Below, piece after piece: positions 1-9,611 of a DNA stretch of 64,000 nucleotides (the first letter of the stretch is position 1; each line of letters begins with the position of its first letter). The notes under the pieces are model-generated. The model was not told where the DNA came from. It was given only the letters and a program-made list of their open reading frames with translations, and made no database searches. The translations under genes and the position numbers were made by a program. The DNA is from an uncultured Alphaproteobacteria bacterium (GTDB lineage: Bacteria; Pseudomonadota; Alphaproteobacteria; RF32; CAG-239): NCBI GenBank assembly GCA_944390455.1, contig CALXPU010000001.1:72620-136619 (forward strand), written 5' to 3'.

Positions 1-823
1 ACAAATGCTTCAATATTTCATTATTATGATAGTGTCCGCTTTTATTAGCAACAACTTTTGCTAATATATAATATCCTGATGTATATAAATCACCTATTGT
101 ATCCATAACTTTGTGATTTACGCATTCGTTTGGAATGCGGAAACCGCCGGGATTTAATATAGTCTCTCCATCTAAAACTACTGCGTTATCCAAAGAACCT
201 CCTTTGATTAAACCTATCGATTTTAAGTAATCCACTTGATATTTTTCGCAAAATGTACGGCATAGTGCTATTTGGTCTTCAAATACATCTGATGTTATAT
301 CCTGATCAAAGTGTTGGTGTCCTACTATTTTAGAAGGAAATTCTATATCAAAGCAAATGTGTAACATATCTGCAGGGAACAAAGTTACGCTTCCACCTTT
401 TCCATCATCGAAGGTTACTTCTTGTTTTACTTTTAAAAATTTACGAGGTGCTGATTGCTCTTTTAGTTCTTCAAGTTGCAAAATTCTCAGAAATTCTTTT
501 CCGCTACCATCGAGAATCGGTATCTCCGGATTATTAATTTTTACTAAAGCGTTATCTATTCCTAAAATGTAGAAAACAGACATAATATGCTCAATAGTGC
601 TGACGATATTTTGTTTATCTGTTCCCAAACAGGTACAATTACGTGTATCAACAACTTTATTATATAAAGCAGGTATTTCTTGTGCGGCAGCTATATCTGT
701 TCTTAAAAAGCGAATCCCATAATTTTCAGGCGCCGGTTCTATTTCTAACATGGATGCACAACCTGAATGCAACCCAATTCCACTAATTTTTACATTTTTT
801 TTCAACGTCTGTTGTTTCTGCAT
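1..823 (-). CDS. lpxC: UDP-3-O-acyl-N-acetylglucosamine deacetylase LpxC (3' end runs off window start)
   Basis: Minus-strand translation from ATG at ~823 reads MQKQQTLKKNVKISGIGLHSGCASMLEIEPAPENYGIRF... and later ...NHKVMDTIGDLY..., the LpxC N-terminus and the conserved HKxxDxxGDL motif. Not in the ORF track because it leaves the window. Confidence 0.85.
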   Translation of the reverse strand, partial: MQKQQTLKKNVKISGIGLHSGCASMLEIEPAPENYGIRFLRTDIAAAQEIPALYNKVVDTRNCTCLGTDKQNIVSTIEHIMSVFYILGIDNALVKINNPEIPILDGSGKEFLRILQLEELKEQSAPRKFLKVKQEVTFDDGKGGSVTLFPADMLHICFDIEFPSKIVGHQHFDQDITSDVFEDQIALCRTFCEKYQVDYLKSIGLIKGGSLDNAVVLDGETILNPGGFRIPNECVNHKVMDTIGDLYTSGYYILAKVVANKSGHYHNNEILKHL

Positions 824-845
824 CTTTTTCCCCTTCTAAATTTTG

Positions 846-1232
846 CAGGTGGTCTGTAAGCCGAGTTCTGTTCTTGTCATTTGCTTTACTTTGCAGTAAA
901 GATTCCAAGCGATAGCTATTCATCTAGACCAAATGTCACCATTTGGTTCAAGCGACCTACCTCTGGAGTAGAGTGGAAACGCTCCTTTTAACAGCTTTGC
1001 TGCTCTCCTAATTTGGTCTTGCGTCAGGTAGGGTTTACCTTGCCAAAGGATATTGCTATCTTTGCGGTGAGCTCTTACCTCGCCTTTTCAACCTTACCAA
1101 GCAATGCTTGGCGGTAACTTTCTGTGGCACTTTCCCTTAGATTTCTCTAGCCGGACGTTATCCGGTACCTCGTTTCCATAACGCTCGGACTTTCCTCACT
1201 AAGTTTTCTTAGCGCAGCTATCCGACCACCAT
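846..1232 (-). ncRNA. rnpB: RNase P RNA (bacterial type A), ~385 nt
   Basis: Minus-strand sequence carries the universal GAGGAAAGTCCGAGC (P4), GGTAAGAGCTCACC, GGTAAACCCTACCTGACGCAAGACCAAATTAGG, CTAGATGAAT...ACAGAACTCGGCTTACAG elements, with 5' GGTGGTC pairing 3' GACCACC (P1). The region is GC-richer than its flanks and has no ORF. Confidence 0.9.
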
Positions 1233-1396
1233 ATTTATGGCTTATCACACTTTAATATAAAATCAATATTTTTAACGTTCTTTACTCATTAGTTTAAAAA
1301 AATTTACTTTTTGTTAATTTTTTACTTGTTTTGTTTAAATTTTGTGTTATTTTGTCCACGAATCGTTTTTCGGACTATTTATCGGAGTTTTCTCTA

Positions 1397-2017
1397 ATGA
1401 CAAAAACTAATAACAATATTTTAAATTTCTTTATAGCTGTTGCCATTTCTTTTACTGCACTTCCAGCTTTTGCTGAATGCGATGGCTTTTACATCGCCGG
1501 ACGTGCTGGATACGCTGAATATGAAATTGAAGATGATAGAAGCAGCGTTGATCAAAACATTTCCGACTACGTTGTCGATAAAAAAAGATTTATTGCCAGC
1601 GGTGCTCTTGGCTATAGATACGAACATTTTAGAGCAGAACTTGAATATGTATGGAGAGATAAAAATAGCGGAAATCAAGCTGATATTGCAGATATAAAAT
1701 TTAGTTCCAGTTCTTATATGTTTGTTGTTTACTATGACTTTTTCCCTTACTCTTGGTTTACTCCTTTTGTTAATGCAGGTATTGGTTGGTCTGATCACGA
1801 CTTAACAATAAATAATATCTACGGAAAAGCTCCACACAAGATTGATCGCACTAACTTTACTTGGTCTTTAGGTGCTGGTATTTCTGCTAAAATTACTAAT
1901 AGATGGAATCTTGATGTTGGCTATCGCTATTACGACATGGGCAGCTTAGATGTTTATAATGGAGATACCAATGTTACCGATCAAGAAATTTATGTCGGTT
2001 TACGGTATGTTTTGTAA
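1397..2017 (+). CDS. outer-membrane beta-barrel protein (Omp25/Omp31/OmpW-like small porin family)
   Basis: Signal peptide MTKTNNNILNFFIAVAISFTALPAFA. Alternating amphipathic strands rich in Y/G/A. ~205 aa, the typical size of this family. Start trimmed from the track ORF (1331) to the in-frame ATG at 1397. Confidence 0.6.
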   Translation: MTKTNNNILNFFIAVAISFTALPAFAECDGFYIAGRAGYAEYEIEDDRSSVDQNISDYVVDKKRFIASGALGYRYEHFRAELEYVWRDKNSGNQADIADIKFSSSSYMFVVYYDFFPYSWFTPFVNAGIGWSDHDLTINNIYGKAPHKIDRTNFTWSLGAGISAKITNRWNLDVGYRYYDMGSLDVYNGDTNVTDQEIYVGLRYVL

Positions 2018-2118
2018 AATATAGACTAGCTCTTTCATTATAAGTATAAATATTTCTTGAAATAAGTATCCCTTAGTTCTATCCTTTGGGATACTTATTT
2101 TATTTAAAGGAGCCGTTT

Positions 2119-3471
2119 ATGAGTAATAAATTATTTGGAACTGATGGAGTTAGAGGTGTTGCCAATATTTACCCTATGACTGCTGAGTTTGCTTTCAAAT
2201 TAGCCACAACTTTGAGTAAAGTTGCTTGTCTTACACATAAAAAAGTCGCTATAGGCAAAGATACACGCATTTCCGGAGATATGCTTGAAGCAGCTTTAAG
2301 TGCCGGTTTTATGTCTTGCGGGGTTTCTGTAATTACTCTCGGTGTAGTTCCAACACCGCTTGTTACCTTAAAGACCCCCTCTCTTAATGTTGATATGTCT
2401 TTAATGATAACCGCCTCTCATAACCCCTATCAAGATAATGGCATTAAACTTATCAACGCTGCCGGAGATAAATTTCCTGATGAATTTTATAAACAGATAG
2501 AACAACTTTTAGATGATAATCAAAATACTTCTGTTGAAACAACATCAATCATCGGCACAATTTCGCAAGAAAATGATATTGCTGAGCAATATATTGAAGA
2601 TATGAGAAATATTGCCCCAAATTATAAAGCTCTGCAAGGTTTACGTGTTGTTTTAGACTGTGCTAATGGAGCCTATTCTTATATTCTTCCTCAAACATTT
2701 AAAGATTTAGGCGCCGGCGTTATTGCTATTAACAACCAACCTAACGGAACAAATATTAACGAAAACTGCGGCTCTCAACATACTGAACAACTCGCTCAAA
2801 CCGTTGTTGATACGCATGCTCATTTTGGTATAGCTGTTGATGGAGATGGAGATAGAATTATTCTTGTTGACGATAAAGGAAATGTTATTGATGGCGACCA
2901 ACTTCTCTGTTTTCTTGCTCTTTATCTGAAGAAGCACAATGCTCTTACAAATAATACCGTAATTAGTACAGAATGGTCTAATTTAGGATTGGGTAAATAT
3001 TTAACTACTGAAGGTTTTTCTTACTTCAAGAGTAAAGTTGGTGAACGATATGTTATTGACTTAATGAGAGAAAAATCAGCTGTTCTTGGTGGAGAAGTGG
3101 TTGGACATATTGTATTATCTCAGTACGCAAGGACTGGTGACGCTTTGGCTACTGCTATAATTATCGCTCTTGCTTATTTGGAAGGCAATAAACCTCTCAG
3201 TGAGATTTTTCCAATTTTCACACCTTTTCCTTGCATAATTGAAAATATTCGTTTTTCTAATGCTCAATATATGTCCGAAAGCGTTGAACATGACGATGTT
3301 AAGCAAGCTTTAATTGAAGGTAAAAAGCAGCTTGGTGAGATTAGCACACTAATTGCCAGAAAATCAGGTACAGAACCTGTTATTAAATTACGTGTTGAAG
3401 GACAGGAGGCCGATACAGTTAATCGAGTTGCCAGCCACCTAAAACAGCTTATTTTACAGTATCAAAAGTAG
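2119..3471 (+). CDS. glmM: phosphoglucosamine mutase
   Basis: MSNKLFGTDGVRG N-terminus, TASHNP active-site serine loop, GDGDGDR Mg-binding loop. RBS AAAGGAG precedes the ATG at 2119. Confidence 0.93.
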   Translation: MSNKLFGTDGVRGVANIYPMTAEFAFKLATTLSKVACLTHKKVAIGKDTRISGDMLEAALSAGFMSCGVSVITLGVVPTPLVTLKTPSLNVDMSLMITASHNPYQDNGIKLINAAGDKFPDEFYKQIEQLLDDNQNTSVETTSIIGTISQENDIAEQYIEDMRNIAPNYKALQGLRVVLDCANGAYSYILPQTFKDLGAGVIAINNQPNGTNINENCGSQHTEQLAQTVVDTHAHFGIAVDGDGDRIILVDDKGNVIDGDQLLCFLALYLKKHNALTNNTVISTEWSNLGLGKYLTTEGFSYFKSKVGERYVIDLMREKSAVLGGEVVGHIVLSQYARTGDALATAIIIALAYLEGNKPLSEIFPIFTPFPCIIENIRFSNAQYMSESVEHDDVKQALIEGKKQLGEISTLIARKSGTEPVIKLRVEGQEADTVNRVASHLKQLILQYQK

Positions 3472-3477
3472 TTAAAG

Positions 3478-3503
3478 AAAGCCCTCCAGAGGAGGGCTTT
3501 TTA
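3478..3503. terminator. bidirectional rho-independent terminator between convergent glmM and TPR gene
   Basis: AAAGCCCTCC-AGA-GGAGGGCTTTTT hairpin lying between the two stop codons (3471 and 3504). Confidence 0.7.
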
Positions 3504-5324
3504 CTATTCTGTTATATTATTCAACCCATGCAAAGTTTCTCGTATCTTTTCATCTTTGATTAGAAGACTTTGCGTTTTTTTCAAACCGTTTTCTATTTTG
3601 CTTTTCACTTGCTTGATGTCTAATTCCTCTTGATCATCTTTTTGAGTTAACGCTTGTTTCCATAGAAAAACAGCTTCATTTTTTCTTCCGCCATACCAAT
3701 AAGCATCTCCCAGATGATCACTAATTACGGCATTTTGCGGATTTAATTCTGACGCTTTTTCTAAATAGACAATCGCGTTTTGATAATCTCCAGTTTTAAA
3801 GTATACCCACCCTAGACTATCCATAATAACGCTGTCATTCGGATCTTTTTCATACGCTTCCAAAATCATCGCAGCAGCATTATCTGTGTTCATATTATAT
3901 TTTAACCAACTATACCCCAAATAATTTAAAACCTGAGGATGGCGGTTACTCAATTTTAGAGCTTTTTGCAGGCTTTCTTCTGCTTTGCTCCACTCATTAT
4001 TTTTATCATACGATACAGCAAGAGCATAGTATACAGGCCAATATTTCTCACTTTCATAAAAAATAGACTGCAGTGCTTCATTATAATATTTTATTGCCTC
4101 TGCCTGATTATCACTTATTCGGAGAATATCCCCCAAATTGAATAGTATTTGAAAATCATTTGGATTGTTTCTCAATAACTTCTTTAATACTTTGGTAGCC
4201 TCCTTATATTTTTTTTCTGCCGCTAAGTTATTGGCTTTCTTCATTTGTGCCGGATAATACATTTCAGAATCTTTTTTAATTGTATCGTAATAATCATTAG
4301 CATCATCAATCATTTGACGATCTTCAAAAAGATCTGCCATTGCTATCTTGGTAATATCATTATCTGGATTAAAATACTCGGATATTGCCATATAAATCTG
4401 AGCATAATCATACCCGACAGGAATAGACTTAAATAGTAATGCTATTTCCAAAAATACTTCTCCAGCCCCTTTATCTGCGGTATTAATTAGTTTCGGTGTA
4501 TTTGCATTGCCCTGCTCTACCTTATTTTTTAGGCTCGCTAGCATTTCTTTCAAGTTTGCCGTTCCATAATACTTTGTAACTAACTTTATTGCTTTTTCTT
4601 TTTGATTTACCCTTACATAAAAGTTTGAAATAATTTGCAAAGCACGAAAAGACATATCGCTTGCTTTATCGTTAATTATAAAATCGTAATATTTTTCGGC
4701 TTCTTCATTTTTATCAAAATATTCTGCAATCAGTCCTCTGTGTAGACTATAAACGGTCTGCATATCTTCTTCTTGAGATAGTTTATCTAACTCTTTTACA
4801 GCCTCATTGTAATTATTCTCTCCCACATAAGTCCAAGCATTAAACATTGGTGTTATCAATTTTTTATATGTTTTTTCTTGTATGTTATTAATTTCTGCAC
4901 GAGCAAATTTATAATTTCCATGTTTAAATGCTTTTACTGCATTGATTATATCTATGAAATTATTTTTATCACCATTTTGGCGGGCAATATTGGCATATTT
5001 TGCTGATTCTTCTATTTTTCCCTGAGATGCTAAAATAATGTATGTCTTTCCCAGTATGTCTTTATTGACCATACCTTTTTCTATGGTTTTCATATAGTAA
5101 TTTGCCGCATTATCATAATCTTGACGAAGATGTGCTACGCGTCCTGCCAAATAATTCCCATAAGCAGTTTCTTGCTTTTGCAAATAAACAATTTCTTGCG
5201 GATACTCTTGGTTGTTTATGAAATTCCCGGTGCAGGAATTAAATAATCCTATTCCGCTCAGTAGGGTGATAATGTAACTCGCTTTTAACATTTCTTTTAT
5301 TTTTCCTGTTGATTGCTTTAACAT
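3504..5324 (-). CDS. TPR-repeat (lipo)protein, 606 aa
   Basis: N-terminal signal with a LFNSC lipobox-like motif. Many degenerate 34-aa TPR-like repeats (AxxYY, W/Y-G-x-Y patterns). The start may be the internal Met at ~5291. Confidence 0.6.
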   Translation of the reverse strand: MLKQSTGKIKEMLKASYIITLLSGIGLFNSCTGNFINNQEYPQEIVYLQKQETAYGNYLAGRVAHLRQDYDNAANYYMKTIEKGMVNKDILGKTYIILASQGKIEESAKYANIARQNGDKNNFIDIINAVKAFKHGNYKFARAEINNIQEKTYKKLITPMFNAWTYVGENNYNEAVKELDKLSQEEDMQTVYSLHRGLIAEYFDKNEEAEKYYDFIINDKASDMSFRALQIISNFYVRVNQKEKAIKLVTKYYGTANLKEMLASLKNKVEQGNANTPKLINTADKGAGEVFLEIALLFKSIPVGYDYAQIYMAISEYFNPDNDITKIAMADLFEDRQMIDDANDYYDTIKKDSEMYYPAQMKKANNLAAEKKYKEATKVLKKLLRNNPNDFQILFNLGDILRISDNQAEAIKYYNEALQSIFYESEKYWPVYYALAVSYDKNNEWSKAEESLQKALKLSNRHPQVLNYLGYSWLKYNMNTDNAAAMILEAYEKDPNDSVIMDSLGWVYFKTGDYQNAIVYLEKASELNPQNAVISDHLGDAYWYGGRKNEAVFLWKQALTQKDDQEELDIKQVKSKIENGLKKTQSLLIKDEKIRETLHGLNNITE

Positions 5325-5424
5325 TTTATCATTTTACACTTAACTTTAAACCAAATTTATTATATTTGTGTAAATAATTGCTTTATATTGCAATAAAAAG
5401 TGTCTTATATATAATCTGGGTGCG

Positions 5425-6249
5425 ATGGATAAACAAATTAACATAAAGGAAACACTTGATTGGTATATTTGGGCGGGAGTTGTTGAAACTTGCGCTGATG
5501 AGGTATGCCTAAATACTTCATCAGAAAATACACATTTTTCATTATCTCAACCTACAACTGCTCATACTCCTGCTCCTGTTATAGAAAAGAATCATATTCC
5601 ATCAGCTCCGGTTCGCGCTAATGTTTCTCTCGCTGCCTTTGATAATATTGCAAAAAATGCCCGAGAATTATGCTCTAAAGCCTCTTCTTTAGAAGAATTA
5701 AAAGATTTAGTTCAGAAATTTGACGGATGCAATCTGAAAAAAACTGCAGCCAATACCGTTTTTGGTGATGGCTCTTCGCAAGCTCGTGTTCTTCTTATTG
5801 GCGAAGCTCCTGGGGCAGATGAAGATAGAATCGGCTCTCCTTTTGTTGGAAAATGTGGAAAACTGCTTGATAAGATGTTAGCCGCAATAAATATCAATCG
5901 AGCTGATTGCTACATTACAAACGTATTACCATGGCGACCACCGGGGAACCGTACTCCAACCGATGAGGAAATTGCGATTTGCCTCCCTTTCTTAAAGCGC
6001 CAAATAGAGTTAATTAAACCAGACTTTTTGCTTCTTTTAGGTGGAATTGCACTTAAGAGTTTATTGGATGTTCCTGACTCCATTTCCCGAACAAGAGGAA
6101 AATGGTTAGAGTATGTTATTGATGAACAAAAAACGGCTCAAGTTTTAGCAACCTACCACCCCTCTTATTTATTGCGTTCTCCATCGCAAAAAGCCAAAGT
6201 TTGGAGTGATTTATTGCGTCTACAGAAAAAAATGAATAACGATGAATAG
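5425..6249 (+). CDS. udg: uracil-DNA glycosylase, family 4, with ~80-aa N-terminal extension
   Basis: Motif A LIGEAPGADEDRIGSPFVG-KCGKLL and motif B TYHPSYLLR are diagnostic of family 4 UDG. The N-terminal ~80 aa precede the canonical core. Confidence 0.8.
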   Translation: MDKQINIKETLDWYIWAGVVETCADEVCLNTSSENTHFSLSQPTTAHTPAPVIEKNHIPSAPVRANVSLAAFDNIAKNARELCSKASSLEELKDLVQKFDGCNLKKTAANTVFGDGSSQARVLLIGEAPGADEDRIGSPFVGKCGKLLDKMLAAININRADCYITNVLPWRPPGNRTPTDEEIAICLPFLKRQIELIKPDFLLLLGGIALKSLLDVPDSISRTRGKWLEYVIDEQKTAQVLATYHPSYLLRSPSQKAKVWSDLLRLQKKMNNDE

Positions 6250-6352
6250 TTTTTACTTTCGTGTTTTTTGTGTATTTTTGTTTTAATTAATAAAAATTAA
6301 ACATTCTTTTGTTTATGATACGAGCAACAGATAAGTATTTATGAGGTTTGAA

Positions 6353-7117
6353 ATGAAAAAATCAATGAAATTTTTAGCCGCTTTTCTTTTGAGTGTTGCT
6401 TTTGCTCTGCCATCACAAGTTATGGCTGCCGACAATGCTCCTAAAGCTAAGACACAAGCTAAAAAAGATGCTGATCCCACCACTCGCTCTGATGCTGTTA
6501 TCTTCAAAATTCATGACATTGATCCGGTTATGGAAGAAGGCGTGGTCAAAGGATGTAACTATATGATTACATTGTACAATCGTACATCCATAAACTTTAG
6601 AACTTTTACAATTAACCTTACTTGGGATGATGTTGTCGATGAGCGTTTTAAGTTTGATCGTTATGTTGAAACCCTTTTAGGTGTTGAAGAAGCTGACAAA
6701 CAGCGCTCTCTCTTCTCTAAGGTTGATCCGGTTAAACCTGTTCAAACCTCTGTTACAGTGAATGCTTTTGGTGCAGATAAACAGATTTCTTTGCGTTCTT
6801 ATATGGATAGCGAAAAATGCTATTTGATGTTATCAGACGCGAAATTCAATGTTACTCCTTGCGATATCGCACGCAGTATGGATACTGTAGGAAGTTTTGG
6901 GGTTAGCGCAGAACAAAGTAATTGTACAGATCTTTTCCAATTTGTCAGCCCAAAAAATCCTGAATATTTTGGAGAATTCAAGCGCATTTCAGCAACCGAA
7001 GAAGCTGCAGCAAGCGAATCTGCAGAAAGTCGCGAATTGTCTGATATTGATATGATTATCGGCAAGATTGTTGAAAATATGGGCGCTTCTGATAAAACTT
7101 TGACTAATATTTATTAA
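6353..7117 (+). CDS. hypothetical secreted protein (signal peptide, Cys-containing)
   Basis: MKKSMKFLAAFLLSVAFALPSQVMA signal peptide. GAGG RBS 6 nt before the ATG at 6353. No recognisable domain. A terminator hairpin follows. Confidence 0.55.
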   Translation: MKKSMKFLAAFLLSVAFALPSQVMAADNAPKAKTQAKKDADPTTRSDAVIFKIHDIDPVMEEGVVKGCNYMITLYNRTSINFRTFTINLTWDDVVDERFKFDRYVETLLGVEEADKQRSLFSKVDPVKPVQTSVTVNAFGADKQISLRSYMDSEKCYLMLSDAKFNVTPCDIARSMDTVGSFGVSAEQSNCTDLFQFVSPKNPEYFGEFKRISATEEAAASESAESRELSDIDMIIGKIVENMGASDKTLTNIY

Positions 7118-7123
7118 TCACAG

Positions 7124-7155
7124 GAGCCGAGTTAGTTTTAATTCGGCTCTTTTTC
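7124..7155 (+). terminator. rho-independent terminator
   Basis: GAGCCGAGTTAGTTTTAATTCGGCTC followed by TTTTTC. Confidence 0.65.
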
Positions 7156-7180
7156 TCATCTTTTAAAGAGAGGGGATTCT

Positions 7181-7846
7181 ATGAAACATCTCATTATTTT
7201 TTTGCTGTCTACTGTTTTGATGGTAAGCGGTTCACAATCTTCCACCGCTCAACTTCTTGATGAAATTCCACAGCAAGACACTGTGTCCTCGGTTGCAAGC
7301 GATAACGCATCACAGAACACTGATAGCGAAGAACTTTTTAATGAGATGTTTAGCGATCATGACATTTCAGAAAGAGAACCTGATAGAATTGAAAATTTTG
7401 ATAGCGCCGTAGAAAATACAGCTAACACTTTAAAGAAAACAAATGCTATCAACAAAGCTACTCAAGCACGCCCTGCTCCTGAGCCCATTAAAGGCGAATT
7501 GAAGATAGGCGTTATCCCTGGAAGTTTTAGAGTTTTTCAGAGTTATTCAGGTAAAACGCAGTGTTCGTTTGATGTCCTTTTAAAATCTGAAATAAATAGA
7601 GATATAAAAGCTATGGGGATTCGTCTAATTTATCCACATCGCGCTTTTGCTTTTGTATTTAAAAATGTTGCAGCTCAAACTACTCAGAAACGCTCTATCA
7701 CCACGTCTGGCAATATTTGTTATACTTTTGGGGGAGTACCTGATATGGAGGTTAACCTTTGCCGTATCATTAATACCATTGATACGGAGTGCGCAAAACG
7801 GCTAAAATGGGATAATAATTTGGAAGCCGCAAATCCTCCAAAATAG
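7181..7846 (+). CDS. hypothetical secreted protein
   Basis: MKHLIIFLLSTVLMVSGSQS signal peptide. RBS AGAGGGG. No recognisable domain. Followed by the hairpin AGGGGCGATTTTCGCTCCTTTTTT (~7882-7906). Confidence 0.55.
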   Translation: MKHLIIFLLSTVLMVSGSQSSTAQLLDEIPQQDTVSSVASDNASQNTDSEELFNEMFSDHDISEREPDRIENFDSAVENTANTLKKTNAINKATQARPAPEPIKGELKIGVIPGSFRVFQSYSGKTQCSFDVLLKSEINRDIKAMGIRLIYPHRAFAFVFKNVAAQTTQKRSITTSGNICYTFGGVPDMEVNLCRIINTIDTECAKRLKWDNNLEAANPPK

Positions 7847-7936
7847 TTTTTATATTAAAATATTTATCATTTTTGTTTCTAAGGGGCGATTTTCGCTCCT
7901 TTTTTGTTCTAAAAATCTTGAAAAACGCCGCTAAAT

Positions 7937-8302
7937 GTGGTACAATTTTGTCCAGAAACATATAATTTATATATATTTATGAAAGAGTCAATTTTTTCGT
8001 TCATTTGGGCTGGTATTTGCGCCCTTTTGAGCGTCTTGCTTCTGGTATATCTGGATAGCAAGTTAAATTTTTCTGACGATTATTTCTTTCCGACTATTGT
8101 GGATGCCATCCACGGTTGGGGATTATCTGTCAGAAAGGTGTTATTTTTTTCTTTGTATCTTCTGTATTGGTTGACAGGGATACATAAACTGTTCGGTAAT
8201 GGCATTCTTGCCCTTATCGGATGGGTAACACTTTTAATTATTATTGCAGTTGTAATTGTTGCCGGTTATTGGTTCGTTACTTGGCTGGCGACATTTATCT
8301 AA
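7937..8302 (+). CDS. small integral membrane protein (3 predicted TM helices); start uncertain (alt. ATG 7979)
   Basis: Hydrophobic segments FSFIWAGICALLSVLLLVY, LFFSLYLLYWL, ILALIGWVTLLIIIAVVIVAGYWFV. Followed by a strong terminator at 8305-8352. Confidence 0.45.
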   Translation: MVQFCPETYNLYIFMKESIFSFIWAGICALLSVLLLVYLDSKLNFSDDYFFPTIVDAIHGWGLSVRKVLFFSLYLLYWLTGIHKLFGNGILALIGWVTLLIIIAVVIVAGYWFVTWLATFI

Positions 8303-8304
8303 GA

Positions 8305-8352
8305 GAGAGAGTTGTTTTTTGGGGTTAATCCTTAAAAACAACTCTTTTTTGT
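8305..8352 (+). terminator. rho-independent terminator
   Basis: GAGAGTTGTTTTT...AAAAACAACTCT stem (12 bp) followed by a TTTTTTG run. Confidence 0.7.
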
Positions 8353-8430
8353 TTGATTAGTTAAATTTTTACAATTATATGTTAATGCTAATTTGAATAA
8401 TTGGAAACTGTCAAGATAACGAGGATTAAA

Positions 8431-9165
8431 ATGGATACACAAGTTGCTACCGAGGTTGTTAATCAACTCTCTATGTGGGATATGGTTTGGTCTTCCGACT
8501 TAATTACCAAGGCGGTTATGATTGGATTGATTGCTGCTTCGGTTTGGTCGTGGGCTATTATTTTTGAAAAAATTAATACATTACGACAAGTTAAGCGCTT
8601 GTCTAAACATTTTGAAGAACGCTTTTGGTCCGGTGGCTCTTTGGATAAGCTCTACGACTCTATCGGAAATCCACAAGACCCAATGTCTGCGATGTTTGTG
8701 GCAGCAATGAAAGAATGGCGCAGAACAAATATTATGAAATCTAAAACAGACAGAGGTTTACGCGGTGTTTCTCTTCAACAACGAATCGAAAAGGCTATGA
8801 TGGTTTCTATGGATAAAGAACTTGATGAGCTTGATAATCATTTGGGATTTTTAGCTTCTACGGGTTCTGTTGCTCCGTTAGTTGGTTTGTTTGGTACTGT
8901 TTGGGGTATTATTTCTTGTTTTAACGCCATTGCGGTTACGCAAAGCAACTCTTTAACCTCTATAGCTCCGGGTATCGCAGAAGCTCTGTTTACCACCGCT
9001 TTTGGTTTGATTGCAGCTATTCCTGCCTATATTGCCTATAACATGATTACTTCTGATATTGACAGATATGCAAAGAAACTTGAAAACTTCTTGGCTGAAT
9101 TTTCAAGCATTCTATCTCGCGAAATTGACGATACCACTATTAAAGCTGAAATGGCCGGAGAATAA
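8431..9165 (+). CDS. tolQ: Tol-Pal system protein TolQ (MotA/TolQ/ExbB proton channel)
   Basis: Three TM segments and the conserved C-terminal region ...ASTGSVAPLVGLFGTVWGI..., typical of TolQ/ExbB. GAGGA RBS precedes the ATG at 8431 (track ORF begins at 8401). Confidence 0.88.
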   Translation: MDTQVATEVVNQLSMWDMVWSSDLITKAVMIGLIAASVWSWAIIFEKINTLRQVKRLSKHFEERFWSGGSLDKLYDSIGNPQDPMSAMFVAAMKEWRRTNIMKSKTDRGLRGVSLQQRIEKAMMVSMDKELDELDNHLGFLASTGSVAPLVGLFGTVWGIISCFNAIAVTQSNSLTSIAPGIAEALFTTAFGLIAAIPAYIAYNMITSDIDRYAKKLENFLAEFSSILSREIDDTTIKAEMAGE

Positions 9166-9168
9166 AAC

Positions 9169-9597
9169 ATGGCAATTATTAACGGACGAATCCAAAGACG
9201 TGTTAGCCGTCGTAATGCTGACATTAATATGACTAACCTCATGGATGTTATGATGGTGCTTTTGGTTGTATTTATGGTGGCAGCCCCTTTAATGACCTCA
9301 GGTATTCCTCTTGATTTGCCTAAAGTTGGCGGAGGTACACTTAATGGCAAAGATACTTCTATCAATATCAGTGTTGATAAAGACGGATTTTATTATATCG
9401 GTCAAAGCAAAATTGAGCCTGACACCATTGTTGATAAAATTATCGCTATTAAAGGCGAAAATAAAGACGTTACAGTTACTATCTCCGGAGATACAGATTC
9501 TTCATATGGTAGTGTTATTGGTTTGATGGCTATGCTTAAAGATGCCGGATTTAGTAAGGTTGGTTTAAAAACCGAAGCTCGTCGAGATAAAAAATAG
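9169..9597 (+). CDS. tolR: Tol-Pal system protein TolR (ExbD/TolR family)
   Basis: DINMTNLMDVMMVLLVVFMVAAPL single TM with the ExbD/TolR signature. Immediately downstream of tolQ. Confidence 0.88.
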   Translation: MAIINGRIQRRVSRRNADINMTNLMDVMMVLLVVFMVAAPLMTSGIPLDLPKVGGGTLNGKDTSINISVDKDGFYYIGQSKIEPDTIVDKIIAIKGENKDVTVTISGDTDSSYGSVIGLMAMLKDAGFSKVGLKTEARRDKK

Positions 9598-9611
9598 AAA
9601 GCTGTTTTATT

